Shown: positions 9,538 to 19,264 of the stretch, piece by piece
Layout of the letters: every line of letters starts with the position of its first letter
Numbering within the stretch: the first letter of the stretch is position 1
DNA from: Patescibacteria group bacterium UBA1388
GTDB lineage: Bacteria; Patescibacteriota; Microgenomatia; UBA1400; PJMF01
Direction of reading: 5' to 3'
DNA: 64,000 nucleotides
Assembly: GCA_002305355.1 (NCBI GenBank)
Contig: DBQS01000023.1
Coordinates: forward strand, 4,189-68,188
Program-made: the position numbers and the translations under genes
Notes under the pieces: generated by a model
Database searches by the model: none
Told to the model about the DNA's origin: nothing
What the model saw: only the letters and a program-made list of their open reading frames with translations

Positions 9538-11643
9538 TCACCAAGGAAATTTCAGGATTGAGAGTAAGTTGCTAAAATCATCAGTCCACCTGACTGTTTT
9601 TGAATAATCGAGTGGTGTGGTGTTAGACAGAGTTCCTTCAAGTTGATCTGCCAGCTTGCTGACTAAAATCCAGTCGCTGGTTGAACCAATTTGTGAATCA
9701 GTATCATCTACTAAGACTCTATAAGCGAAGATACTTTCTTCCTTAACATGGTTGGCAATCACCTTCTCCAAATCTAAATATCGATTAGAAATATGAAAAG
9801 CGATGATGCCGTGATAATTCAACTTCTGCAGGTATAGTTGAGTTGCTTCAAGGGTAAGTAGATGTGTGGGAATGGAGTCATCAGTGAAAGCATCGACCAC
9901 GATAATATCAAATTTTTCTTCACTAGCTGACTGTTCTAGTAACTGGCGAGCGTCTCCTAAATGAAGTTTGACGTTAGGACAGTGCTTTAAAAAAGTAAAG
10001 TAGTTGTTGGCGACTTCAATTACCATCGGATTGATTTCATAGAAATCAAATTGATCCTCTGATCGACAATAACTGGCAAGCACACCACTGCCTAATCCAA
10101 TTACTGCCACTTTTAAAGAGGGCTGGATGGATTGTAGGTGCTGAATCGTTTGGCCTACACCAGATTCATGCGAATAATAATTAAGTGGCAATAGGCTATC
10201 TGCTGGCTTTTTTAGTTGGGCGCCGTGAAGAATGGAACCATTGAATAACGCAACTTTCTGATCGTTTTCCATTACTCTTAAGCCACCATAAAAATTTCTG
10301 TCCTGGTAAACTAACTGATTGTTGATACTTGTCGTCAGCTTGATGACGCCCGCGCAACATAAAATTACTATGGAAAATATGGTCATTATTTTCGCGGACA
10401 ATAAATATTTTTTACCAAAAATCTGCAAGTAGACCGTACTTGACTTTGAAAAAATGACGAGACTGATGGTGGTGATCATAATCAATAAACCAGGTAGTTC
10501 CCAGTAGCCAGCAAATAGTACTGGAAAAATAAAATTGACCAAGAATCCGCCCACCACTCCTCCCACTGCGATCGCCAAATAAAAATAACTTAAGGCGCCA
10601 GTATGAGGTCTAGATTGATAAAGTTGGGTGTGGAAAAGTAAACCAGTCAGAAATACGGTCAGACTAAAGATGATTACTTGGGTGGTGTAAGTGATTACAT
10701 CCGTGGCGCCAATGGTGAGGGATGTGATACACCAAAGTGAAGTGGCAAGTGAAGCCAAAGAGGCAACTGCTCCAAATTTGAGTAATCCAAAACCCACAAT
10801 AAAGGATACTAAATAAAGTGCCAAAGGAAGAATCCACAGATAAGGAAAGGGGGCGATACCTTTTGTGATGTGTTCAGTCACGACCAACATGTAGGTGACT
10901 GGTAGGCTAGCCATCAAGACCCAGAGCAACCAACTTCTTAAGCTAGGTGGAGTGATTTTTTGAGTTTTTTTGTTCAAATTGATCAACTTTTTTGCAATTA
11001 GTAAGTATCCGAACGCGATCATCACTGCAAGCATCAGTAAGACCGCTGCGTAATGCCAGATGACTAACTGGGTTTTAATTGGCAACAGCGGTTCCACAAC
11101 GAGTGGATACAAGAGTAATCCCGCAAATGAACCGGCATTAGAAAGTCGATACAAAGTGTAGGGATTTTTTGAGCCTAAGTTAATAGCAATAATTTGGGTG
11201 ACGGTACTGACTGTACCCAAGAACATAAAACTTAACCCAATTGAGCCCATGCCTAGCAGAAAGATGTGGGTAATAGCGGAGGTCTTAGGAGCAAGGGATG
11301 AGCCAAGCAGGTTTATTAGTTGGGGTGCATTAAGCTGGGATGAAAACAATGGCAGGACAACCATCGCCAACACGACTAAACAAAATAAGAAATGTAGCCA
11401 TAGCTGACGGGTTGGATTGAGCTGCTGTAAAAATAATGCATAGCTGTAACCTATCAGTAGCAATATTTGGAAGAATACCGAGGAAGTGGTCCAAACAGCT
11501 GCCGAACCTCCAAACGTTGGCAACAAGGCCTTGGCGAAAAGTGGTTCCATTAAAAAAATCAGCATGGCTGCGACAAACACGATTAGCGCCGCAATGGACT
11601 GGAAATTGACAAAGTGGAAAAGTTTGCGGATCTTCACTAGCAC
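9538..11643 (-). CDS. Multi-pass membrane protein fused to a spermidine-synthase-like SAM-binding domain
   Basis: Many TM helices, then RNFYG, HGAQ, VIGLGSG, YEINP, GDAR, IVVDAFTDDSIPTHLLT, HISNRYLDL. Confidence 0.85.
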   Translation of the reverse strand: MLVKIRKLFHFVNFQSIAALIVFVAAMLIFLMEPLFAKALLPTFGGSAAVWTTSSVFFQILLLIGYSYALFLQQLNPTRQLWLHFLFCLVVLAMVVLPLFSSQLNAPQLINLLGSSLAPKTSAITHIFLLGMGSIGLSFMFLGTVSTVTQIIAINLGSKNPYTLYRLSNAGSFAGLLLYPLVVEPLLPIKTQLVIWHYAAVLLMLAVMIAFGYLLIAKKLINLNKKTQKITPPSLRSWLLWVLMASLPVTYMLVVTEHITKGIAPFPYLWILPLALYLVSFIVGFGLLKFGAVASLASLATSLWCITSLTIGATDVITYTTQVIIFSLTVFLTGLLFHTQLYQSRPHTGALSYFYLAIAVGGVVGGFLVNFIFPVLFAGYWELPGLLIMITTISLVIFSKSSTVYLQIFGKKYLLSAKIMTIFSIVILCCAGVIKLTTSINNQLVYQDRNFYGGLRVMENDQKVALFNGSILHGAQLKKPADSLLPLNYYSHESGVGQTIQHLQSIQPSLKVAVIGLGSGVLASYCRSEDQFDFYEINPMVIEVANNYFTFLKHCPNVKLHLGDARQLLEQSASEEKFDIIVVDAFTDDSIPTHLLTLEATQLYLQKLNYHGIIAFHISNRYLDLEKVIANHVKEESIFAYRVLVDDTDSQIGSTSDWILVSKLADQLEGTLSNTTPLDYSKTVRWTDDFSNLLSILKFPW

Positions 11644-11700
11644 ATTATATGAGCTTGCTATAATATTGACTAGAGAGAGTATAGTGTATCAGCCTATCAT

Positions 11701-11776
11701 GCCGAGATAGCTCAGTTGGTAGAGCGGCGGTATCGTAAACCGTAGGTCAGGGGTTCAAGTCCCCTTCTCGGCTCCA
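11701..11776 (+). tRNA. tRNA-Thr(CGT)
   Basis: Acceptor GCCGAGA/TCTCGGC, anticodon arm GCGGT-ATCGTAA-ACCGT, T arm AGGGG-TTCAAGT-CCCCT, ends TCCA. Confidence 0.96.
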
Positions 11777-11935
11777 TAAATCATGGATCATCACAGGTAC
11801 AAATCGTGGTTGGTGGAGGAAATGTTAAGAGGTTTTAACTAAAATTTACGTTAGGATTGAAAATATTCCCCTTCAATGAGGGCAATTGACACTGACATTT
11901 AACTAGTTTCAAATAAATTTGATATACTTGTCAAT

Positions 11936-12649
11936 ATGGCAGCCCATTCTAGAGTCTCTTCTCGACTAATTAAAAAAGAGCGTCAAAAACTCACCAAACA
12001 AATTATTTGGTTTTCGGCATTGTCCGTCCTGTTAATATTATTTTTCCTGTTTGTAGTCATGCCAATTTTTGTAAGAGTGGTGAATGGTATTATCAATACT
12101 AATCCCATAAACAACGACAATGAAGAGGTCTTTATTCAAGCTCCTGCCTTGGATGCTCCACCGGCATATGTCGCAAATAGCAGCTTGCAAGTGACGGGTT
12201 ATGGTGAGGAGCAAGCTGAGATTGTATTCATTATCAATGGCAGTGAGGATGTGACGGTTTTGGCTGCTGATGATGGTCGGTTTGAAGCTATGCTTGAACT
12301 TACTGAGGGAGAAAATGTGATTTCAGCATATTCTCAAATTAATTCAGATCAAGTTTCACCTGCGAGCAAGCAGTATCTAGTCGTATTGGATACAGAACCA
12401 CCAGTTATTGAATTGATTTCTCCAGAAGATGGCAAAACTTATAATATCAAAGATCAAACCCTTAATATTGAAGGTAGTACAGATCCGGAGGCAAAGGTGT
12501 ATCTCAATGAACGGCTGATTTTTCCTTCAAGTGATGGCAAGTTTGTGAGTAAATTTCAGCTGCAAGAGGGCGACCAGACAATCACCATCAAAGCAGTTGA
12601 TCAGGCGGGCAACCAGTCAGAGGTTGTGCGGCATATTAAAGCCGAATAG
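11936..12649 (+). CDS. Membrane-anchored protein with two bacterial Ig-like domains
   Basis: Basic N-terminus and TM, then LTEGENVISA, LDTEPPVIELISPEDG, LQEGDQTITIKAVDQAGN. Confidence 0.8.
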   Translation: MAAHSRVSSRLIKKERQKLTKQIIWFSALSVLLILFFLFVVMPIFVRVVNGIINTNPINNDNEEVFIQAPALDAPPAYVANSSLQVTGYGEEQAEIVFIINGSEDVTVLAADDGRFEAMLELTEGENVISAYSQINSDQVSPASKQYLVVLDTEPPVIELISPEDGKTYNIKDQTLNIEGSTDPEAKVYLNERLIFPSSDGKFVSKFQLQEGDQTITIKAVDQAGNQSEVVRHIKAE

Positions 12650-13895
12650 ATTCAGTTTTTATTTTGGGCAGACTTGAAAATCCCATTCCTAAAAACAAAA
12701 AAATAAATGGTTCCAGAAGAGTATTATTGAACTGTGAATGAATGAGGGTAGCCAATAGTGCACCAAACATCAGCCAGTCATGCCTGACTAACCAGATTCC
12801 ATATTTCATAAGCAAGGACATAAAGAGCAACAGCCCCACCATGCCCGTGCTGGTAAACACGAAGATAAAAAGGTTGTCTGGTACTCTGGCGTGTGTGGGA
12901 TGAAGCGGATCAGTTTCCAGCTGTAAAAGATCTGCGCTATAAAAGCCCTTACCCACCCAAAAAGATCTAGGGGTATGATTTTCAAGCGCAAGTTGCGAAG
13001 TTTTTACGCGAGCTTGGATGGAAGCGGTTCTTGATAAATTCACTCCTTCTCCGCCTGGTTTGGGAGCGAGCAAGTATGTTAATAGCATGACTAGTAAAGC
13101 TGCCAGTCCCCAACCACTTCGCTGAAACAGATCATGTAGTGTACGATGCTTGATAGAGCTGAAATTTTTGGTTTTAGGTGAGCAAATGAAGAGTCCTATC
13201 AACACAAAAAAAGCCAGGTAACTGGCGCGCGAATAAGTGACGGTCAGCGCACTAATAAGAAGGAGGTTGGTGATCACAAAGTGGGGGAATGACATTAGTT
13301 TTTTTAGGGAATATAAGTATGTCAAGACTAAGACAATGATCATACCTGCAAAATTAGGATCAAGAAAGGTGCCGATTAATCGATAATAATGATCATCCCA
13401 ACCAAATTGAAATAGAAAAGTGGTATCTGGCAAAAATAGATATTGGAGAATGCCATACCAAACATACAGCAAGCCAAGTAAGACAGTGATAACTCTGAGG
13501 ACGACAAGTTTGTTTTGAAAAGCTATTCGCAGACTTACCAAAAACAGAGTATAAAAAACAAGTCGGAGTAAGTAAAGCCATGGAGCAATCTCAGGTGTAG
13601 CAAAAATCATGCCAAATATTAGCCATCCACCAAAAGCTAGTTCTCTCCACCATATTCTCAAATGGGCAAGATAATTAGCTGCTTTTACATATGATAAAAG
13701 CTGTAGGGAATTCAATGCTAGCCACCCTGCAATGAGAAGGTCGTGTAAATAAAATGATATGTCATGAAAAATATTGAACCTTTGTAATTGGCCAAGACTT
13801 AACACTATCAACAAAGTAAGTAAATACCACCACTTTATTAGTGATAACCCTACTTTAGACGGAACTTGATTCAACTTGATTTGCCATATTTTCAT
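12636..13895 (-). CDS. O-antigen ligase/polymerase (Wzy_C-like) membrane protein
   Basis: RLIGTFLDPNFAG, TYSRASYLA, DNLFIFVF, IHSQFNN; multi-TM. Confidence 0.8.
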   Translation of the reverse strand: MKIWQIKLNQVPSKVGLSLIKWWYLLTLLIVLSLGQLQRFNIFHDISFYLHDLLIAGWLALNSLQLLSYVKAANYLAHLRIWWRELAFGGWLIFGMIFATPEIAPWLYLLRLVFYTLFLVSLRIAFQNKLVVLRVITVLLGLLYVWYGILQYLFLPDTTFLFQFGWDDHYYRLIGTFLDPNFAGMIIVLVLTYLYSLKKLMSFPHFVITNLLLISALTVTYSRASYLAFFVLIGLFICSPKTKNFSSIKHRTLHDLFQRSGWGLAALLVMLLTYLLAPKPGGEGVNLSRTASIQARVKTSQLALENHTPRSFWVGKGFYSADLLQLETDPLHPTHARVPDNLFIFVFTSTGMVGLLLFMSLLMKYGIWLVRHDWLMFGALLATLIHSQFNNTLLEPFIFLFLGMGFSSLPKIKTESIRL

Positions 13896-14628
13896 AGCGA
13901 AAAATTCTGACTAACAAAGAATGCAAGGCCATACAACCAGCATAGATTAACCCACGCCAGCCATCAGCAATGCCGCCTTGAATTAAAAGACCAAACAATA
14001 ATTTTCCAGGTGGAAAAAATATCAATTCGAGTAAAATTCTACCTAAAGAAGTTGAAGGCGAATTATTGGCAACAAGTTGAGCATAATGAGTGACATCGTT
14101 CACAAATTCAGAAATGTTGGGGTGAGCAAAATGCAGGATTTCTAAATGAAGGTGTTTAATTTCACCCTTTACTTGAGCAATTTCATGTACTTCTCCGACA
14201 AACTTTGCTTTCCCCTTTTTTACAAATCGAATAATTGGTTGGTGACCGGCTTCACCGTAGTTGAGCTTTTTCCCGTAAAAGACATCACTTCGAAAGCATA
14301 AAGCTCCACTAAAATTGTTATTTACCATCAACTCTGCTATTTGAGGTAGCTGATCGACCGGAAACTTTTCGTCACTATCCAGGAAAAATACCCAATTATG
14401 TTTCGCCTCTGCCATTGCTTGGTTACGGACAGCTGCAAAATCTGTAATCGGGTTGCTAATGGCTTTATACGTGACGTTTTCATTTTTTGTGAGCTGATTT
14501 GGATCTAAGAAAGCACGATTGTCTATTACCATGATTTCATCTGCCCAGTTCACACTCTGCAACGCTTGTTGAAAAAGTTGACCAGCTCGGTGAGTAATGA
14601 TAATTGCCGTGATAGGTAAATTTTTCAT
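13855..14628 (-). CDS. Glycosyltransferase family 2
   Basis: WADEIMVID, FAAVRN, WVFFLDSDE, GEVHE. True start probably ATG 14628, overlapping the wzx stop. Confidence 0.9.
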   Translation of the reverse strand: MKNLPITAIIITHRAGQLFQQALQSVNWADEIMVIDNRAFLDPNQLTKNENVTYKAISNPITDFAAVRNQAMAEAKHNWVFFLDSDEKFPVDQLPQIAELMVNNNFSGALCFRSDVFYGKKLNYGEAGHQPIIRFVKKGKAKFVGEVHEIAQVKGEIKHLHLEILHFAHPNISEFVNDVTHYAQLVANNSPSTSLGRILLELIFFPPGKLLFGLLIQGGIADGWRGLIYAGCMALHSLLVRIFRYENMANQVESSSV

Positions 14629-15842
14629 TTTAGTATTTTTATTATAGCGAATAGTAAAAGGGGAAGTGGTAGTAGACGAGCGATAACCCAGGCAATACCT
14701 GCGCCTGTGAGTCCATAATGCTGGCTTAGAGAAATTAGGAGGGGAGCTAAAATAATTAAGGTCAAAGCCCGGTGCCAATTCATCAGCCGGTAGCTTTTTT
14801 GACTGATTAATAGGTTATATGCCAGTTTAATGATGGTTTGGGAAATACCAGCCAGCCCCAACCAGGGTAAGACAGGAGATAAACTCATCCACTTATTACC
14901 TAGCACAAACATGATGATTGGTTCAGGAAAAAAGATGAGTGGTACTGCAGCCAAGGAGCTTAAAAGCATGAGGTTTCCTGAGGATTTGATAAACGCTCTT
15001 CTCAGCCGAGTGCGGTCAGCCCCAATTTTGGTAAATACGGGCAGTGTGCTGTGATTGAGGGCTTGTGCCAATCCCACAGTGGGACGATGACTGAGTGAAT
15101 AACCGGCATGATAAGTGCCTAAATGACTGGTGCCAAGCGTGCGACCAAGAATAATTTCATCAACATTTTCTGTGAAATAATCTAAAGCGCTGGTAAGACT
15201 GAGCCCACGCGCGTTGAGCAAGATTTCTTGAGCTTTATTTTTTGAGAGCATAAAAGCAGGTTTAAGTTTGAGTAATCCAAAAGAAATGGTGACCTCAAAA
15301 ACAGCTGCTACCAGTACAGAAAATATTAACACTTCAACACGCGGCCAAATTAGAGCCAAGAGTATGGCCGACAGTGTTTCGACAGCCACCAAACTCAGTC
15401 GATAAGAAGTATCAATTTCAAACTGCAGGTTTTTTTGCCAGGATGTAATTGCTGGATTAATAAATCCCTTAATGATTGGTACTATTCCGGCGATGGCAAC
15501 TAAGTAAATGAGTGTTGGTTCGTGGTAGATTGTGGCCATAATCACCCCCATCAGACCCATGATGATGGCAATCACAAAACCCCTGATGATGGCAATGACC
15601 CAAGCCGTATTGAGGTAATAGGTTATCGGTTTTGATGACTGAATGATCGTGATGTTGATACCGGTTTGGGTAATCGCCTCAGTCAGACCTAAAGCGATGC
15701 TTATCAGGGCAAACAATCCAAAATCTTGTTGAGTGAGGAGTCTTGCGAGCACTATTAGTTTTCCAGCGGTAATGCCGGTTGACAACAGAGTTGCCGCTGA
15801 CTGCCAACTAAATCCCCGTACTGCGTCTTTAGTATATCCCAT
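14625..15842 (-). CDS. Oligosaccharide flippase (Wzx/PST family)
   Basis: LARLLTQQDFGLFA, DEIILGRTLG, VLGNKW; multi-TM. Confidence 0.88.
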   Translation of the reverse strand: MGYTKDAVRGFSWQSAATLLSTGITAGKLIVLARLLTQQDFGLFALISIALGLTEAITQTGINITIIQSSKPITYYLNTAWVIAIIRGFVIAIIMGLMGVIMATIYHEPTLIYLVAIAGIVPIIKGFINPAITSWQKNLQFEIDTSYRLSLVAVETLSAILLALIWPRVEVLIFSVLVAAVFEVTISFGLLKLKPAFMLSKNKAQEILLNARGLSLTSALDYFTENVDEIILGRTLGTSHLGTYHAGYSLSHRPTVGLAQALNHSTLPVFTKIGADRTRLRRAFIKSSGNLMLLSSLAAVPLIFFPEPIIMFVLGNKWMSLSPVLPWLGLAGISQTIIKLAYNLLISQKSYRLMNWHRALTLIILAPLLISLSQHYGLTGAGIAWVIARLLPLPLLLFAIIKILK

Positions 15843-15902
15843 GCTAGTATTATCTCGTTTTAGTGGTTGAAACTCCAGTAGTGAACGAGGATAATTCCTT
15901 TT

Positions 15903-16532
15903 ATGGCAAAATTTGTAATGTCTGTGAGTGGATTGTTTCTTGATCTAATCGAGACTGTGGTCATTGGACTATCTTTATTTTTAGTGGTTTATTTGTTTTT
16001 TATGCAACCTCACCAGGTGAGTGGTGAGTCGATGGAGCCCAACTTTTTGTCCCGCGACTATGTTTTAACTGACAAAATCAGTTATCGATTGGGAGAGCCT
16101 CAGCGCGGAGACGTGATTGTTTTTCATGCTCCTCCACGGGCACAATGTCCAGAGGGAACCGGCTGCGATTACATCAAAAGAATTATTGCATTGCCTGAAG
16201 AAACAGTGGAAGTTAAAAATGGTAATTATTATATAAATGGACAGTTGTTAGTAGAATCTTATATACCTGATTCTAAAGAAACATTGCCAAATGCTTTTGT
16301 AAATGGCAGGGTGATAACCCTTGGTCCTGATGAGTATTTTGTATCAGGAGACAATCGGCCAAACTCAAGCGACTCTAGGGCATGGGGGCCGATTACTAGT
16401 AAGGAAATAGTAGGCAGAGCCTTTTTTAGATATTGGCCACTAGATAGCATTGCGGTGATTAGATCAGCTGAATACCCACCAGAATTTGCTTCCTCAGACA
16501 ACCTTCAACTTGAGTCGGCATTGGTTAATTAG
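15903..16532 (+). CDS. lepB: Signal peptidase I
   Basis: SGESMEPN (catalytic Ser), RGDVIVF, YIKRII (catalytic Lys), GDNRPNSSDSR. Confidence 0.96.
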   Translation: MAKFVMSVSGLFLDLIETVVIGLSLFLVVYLFFMQPHQVSGESMEPNFLSRDYVLTDKISYRLGEPQRGDVIVFHAPPRAQCPEGTGCDYIKRIIALPEETVEVKNGNYYINGQLLVESYIPDSKETLPNAFVNGRVITLGPDEYFVSGDNRPNSSDSRAWGPITSKEIVGRAFFRYWPLDSIAVIRSAEYPPEFASSDNLQLESALVN

Positions 16533-17365
16533 TTTTGATATTTTTCCGTTAAAGACATGATTTTTTCGAGGTCTTTTTGAGTTTGATTGGGGTCACCTTT
16601 TAAGGTAATAGTGATTCTGGTTGAAGTAGTTGACCTGGTGAGTTTCACGCTTGATTTAGCGGCTAAAAGTTTTTGCAACGATTTTTCCCAAGCTTCTACT
16701 TTAGGATCAGTGACGTGGGTGGTGCCAGGCATCATTCGTTCCACAGGGGATCTAGAATGAGCTTGACGGTAACCTCTTGCTAATTCCTCTGCCCTCCTCA
16801 CTGATGCATTCTCAACAAGAATCTTTTTGTAGATATCGATCATGGCAGATTGATTTTCAATACCAGCAATCGCTCTCGCATGGCCTTCTGTAATCTGGCG
16901 ACCGCTCAAACCATCTTTGATCGCGTCAGGTAATTCGAGCAAACGCAAGGTGTTGCTAATGTAAGAGGTCGATTTGCTAATTCTTTCTGAAATTGATGCG
17001 GGTGTGAACCCAAAATCTCTAATCAGTTGTTGAAATGCCTGAGCTCTCTCCAAAGGACCGAGGTCGGTACGTTGCACATTTTCAATAATAGCCATTTCCA
17101 GCATTTCACGAGGACTGGTTTTTTTGAGAATAGCAGGTACTTCTTGCAGGCCTGCGGTAACTGCTGCCCGCCATCTTCTTTCTCCAGCAATGATTTGATA
17201 TCCGGCAGGAGTTTCTGCCACAATAAGGGGTTCTAAGACCCCATATTGTTTAATTGATTCTGCCAGTTCTGCTACGTCTTCAGGTTTAATTCTATTTCTG
17301 GGTTGAAAAGGGTTGGGTTGTAAGACGTTAACTTCTAAATGGATAATAGAGGATTTGTCTGTCAT
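16529..17365 (-). CDS. parB: ParB/Spo0J partitioning protein
   Basis: PNPFQPR, GVLEPLIV, IIAGERRWRAA, IENVQRTDL, HTH, ITEGHARAI. Confidence 0.95.
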   Translation of the reverse strand: MTDKSSIIHLEVNVLQPNPFQPRNRIKPEDVAELAESIKQYGVLEPLIVAETPAGYQIIAGERRWRAAVTAGLQEVPAILKKTSPREMLEMAIIENVQRTDLGPLERAQAFQQLIRDFGFTPASISERISKSTSYISNTLRLLELPDAIKDGLSGRQITEGHARAIAGIENQSAMIDIYKKILVENASVRRAEELARGYRQAHSRSPVERMMPGTTHVTDPKVEAWEKSLQKLLAAKSSVKLTRSTTSTRITITLKGDPNQTQKDLEKIMSLTEKYQN

Positions 17366-17433
17366 ATCTAACAGATATACCACAGGTCAAGTTGACTGCC
17401 AATTACCAAAGTGAAAACTGTGAAATGAGAAAA

Positions 17434-17688
17434 CTAAGAAAGGACCGATACGACTGTGCGCCCCATTTTTTTCGAGAATGCGACTGATCCAGCCACGAGT
17501 GCAAAAATAGTGTGATCTTTTCCCATACCTACGTTTTGACCAGCTTTATATTTAGCTCCTCGCTGACGGAGGATAATGTTGCCAGGCTTGACTACTTGTC
17601 CACCTGACTTTTTTAATCCAAGTCTTTTACCATGACGCTTGCCTTGGGCATGTTGGGCTACTGCTCCAGACGCTTTAACTTTTGACAT
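17434..17688 (-). CDS. rpmA: 50S ribosomal protein L27
   Basis: [30 protein letters not shown]. Confidence 0.96.
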   Translation of the reverse strand: MSKVKASGAVAQHAQGKRHGKRLGLKKSGGQVVKPGNIILRQRGAKYKAGQNVGMGKDHTIFALVAGSVAFSKKMGRTVVSVLS

Positions 17689-17697
17689 AACTAAACC

Positions 17698-18861
17698 TCA
17701 TTTTTCGCTAATATTTAAGAAATGATACTCAAAGATATAAATCTCGCGAGCAATCACTGCCCCTGGACGATGATAAAGTATCGGCTCAGACTGAGTAATA
17801 TATCCTAATTTACTCAAGTTGTCAATCAATTTGTGAAGTGTGTAATCTTTTTTTAACCCTGAAGAACTTGCCAGGGCGCGAGGAAATACCATTACTACTT
17901 TAGCATGATTAGGTAAAAATTTTCTCCAATTTTTAAAACAACCCAAGTACAATTTACTTAAACCCTTAAAAATATTTGGGATTTGGTCAGCTTTGGGTTT
18001 GGGTCTTCCCAAAAAAGGTTCGGTGACAATGAAGGCTGGTTGTTGAGAAGGTTGAAACTGAGTAGCATCGGCATTAGTGATCATAAAATTAAGTGGCAAA
18101 TTCATCTCTGTAGCCAACCAATTTAAGTTAGTTGTTGTTCCATCAACAGCTGCTTGATCATTATCTGCCCCAATCACAGTTAAAGATTTTTCAAGTGCTT
18201 CCATCAGAATAGTGCCAGTGCCACAAAACGGGTCACACAAGACCTGCCCTGCAGAGTCAGCGTTGCCAACTGCCAAATTAACCATGATACGTGCCACTTT
18301 AGGAGGAAGCAGGCCTTTTTTGCGATTTGCATAAGGCTTGCCACGATCTTTTTTTGACCAGTGGTCAATATTTTGAACTGCCACGGTTTGGGCAAGGTAG
18401 CAACCATCTTGGGTTTGAATCAGCACCAACTCAATCACTTCTTTGTGCAATAACACGGCTGCCGATAAGCCATGGCGCGATCCAGCAACATATCTGACTT
18501 TTTTACCGGCCAGTTCCAGATCTTTTTTTAGACTTGATACTTCCATTTTTGGCAAATGATCCCTGCCAATTTCTGCTAAACCAATGGTAATTTTTGGTGC
18601 TTCAAGATTGGAAAGATACTTGGTCAGTTGATCACGGAGTTGGTCTTCATTAGTAATATCCAATTTTTGAAGGTGCTTGAAAATTTTGATAGTGCCACCT
18701 AATTGATCAATTATTGTTTGAGGAGAAAAATCTTGATGAAAGTGACCAGTCAAAATTCCAGGTGCAACCAGTTGCCACCCAATTTCAGGATAAACTGATG
18801 CTAATTCTGAGCGTGACAACTCAAAATTTGAGCCAAGCTGAAAATAATATCGAGAAGACAT
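17698..18861 (-). CDS. SAM-dependent RNA methyltransferase, Trm11/UPF0020-like
   Basis: LLPPKVARIMVNL, DPFCGTGTILMEA, DAT, IVTEPFLG. Confidence 0.8.
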   Translation of the reverse strand: MSSRYYFQLGSNFELSRSELASVYPEIGWQLVAPGILTGHFHQDFSPQTIIDQLGGTIKIFKHLQKLDITNEDQLRDQLTKYLSNLEAPKITIGLAEIGRDHLPKMEVSSLKKDLELAGKKVRYVAGSRHGLSAAVLLHKEVIELVLIQTQDGCYLAQTVAVQNIDHWSKKDRGKPYANRKKGLLPPKVARIMVNLAVGNADSAGQVLCDPFCGTGTILMEALEKSLTVIGADNDQAAVDGTTTNLNWLATEMNLPLNFMITNADATQFQPSQQPAFIVTEPFLGRPKPKADQIPNIFKGLSKLYLGCFKNWRKFLPNHAKVVMVFPRALASSSGLKKDYTLHKLIDNLSKLGYITQSEPILYHRPGAVIAREIYIFEYHFLNISEK

Positions 18862-18907
18862 GGTGTCAATTTATTTTTTATAAAAAAGCAAACTGCTTTA
18901 TTGTAGA

Positions 18908-19222
18908 TTAAGACTGAATGCTTTTCACTGTTAGCACAGTTTGAGATTGGCGGTGGCCATAAGTACGACGATAGCGTGACTTGGATTTGTATTTAGCAAC
19001 TCTGATCTTTTTTGATTTTTGGTGATGACTAACCTCACAGGTAACGCTTGCGCCCTTGACAAGCGGTGTGCCAACTTTTATCTTCTCTCCATCTGCGACC
19101 AACAACACATCACTTATTTGAAGTGACTTTTCAGGTTGATTGGGCATCCGATCAACAATTAGTTCTTGACCTTCTGAAACCTTAAATTGTTTGCCAGCTA
19201 ATTGGATGATTGCGTAGTTCAT
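18908..19222 (-). CDS. rplU: 50S ribosomal protein L21
   Basis: YAIIQLAGKQFKV, KVGTPLV, GHRQ. Confidence 0.97.
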   Translation of the reverse strand: MNYAIIQLAGKQFKVSEGQELIVDRMPNQPEKSLQISDVLLVADGEKIKVGTPLVKGASVTCEVSHHQKSKKIRVAKYKSKSRYRRTYGHRQSQTVLTVKSIQS

Positions 19223-19264
19223 ATTTTCCTCTTAGAAAACCAGAAGTGGTATTATAACACTTCT

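Noticed and set aside
14629-14778. N-terminal extension of the GT2 ORF (similar extensions on ftsA, ftsW, gatB, mraZ)
   Set aside because: Most overlap the upstream gene; downstream ATGs give family-typical starts.
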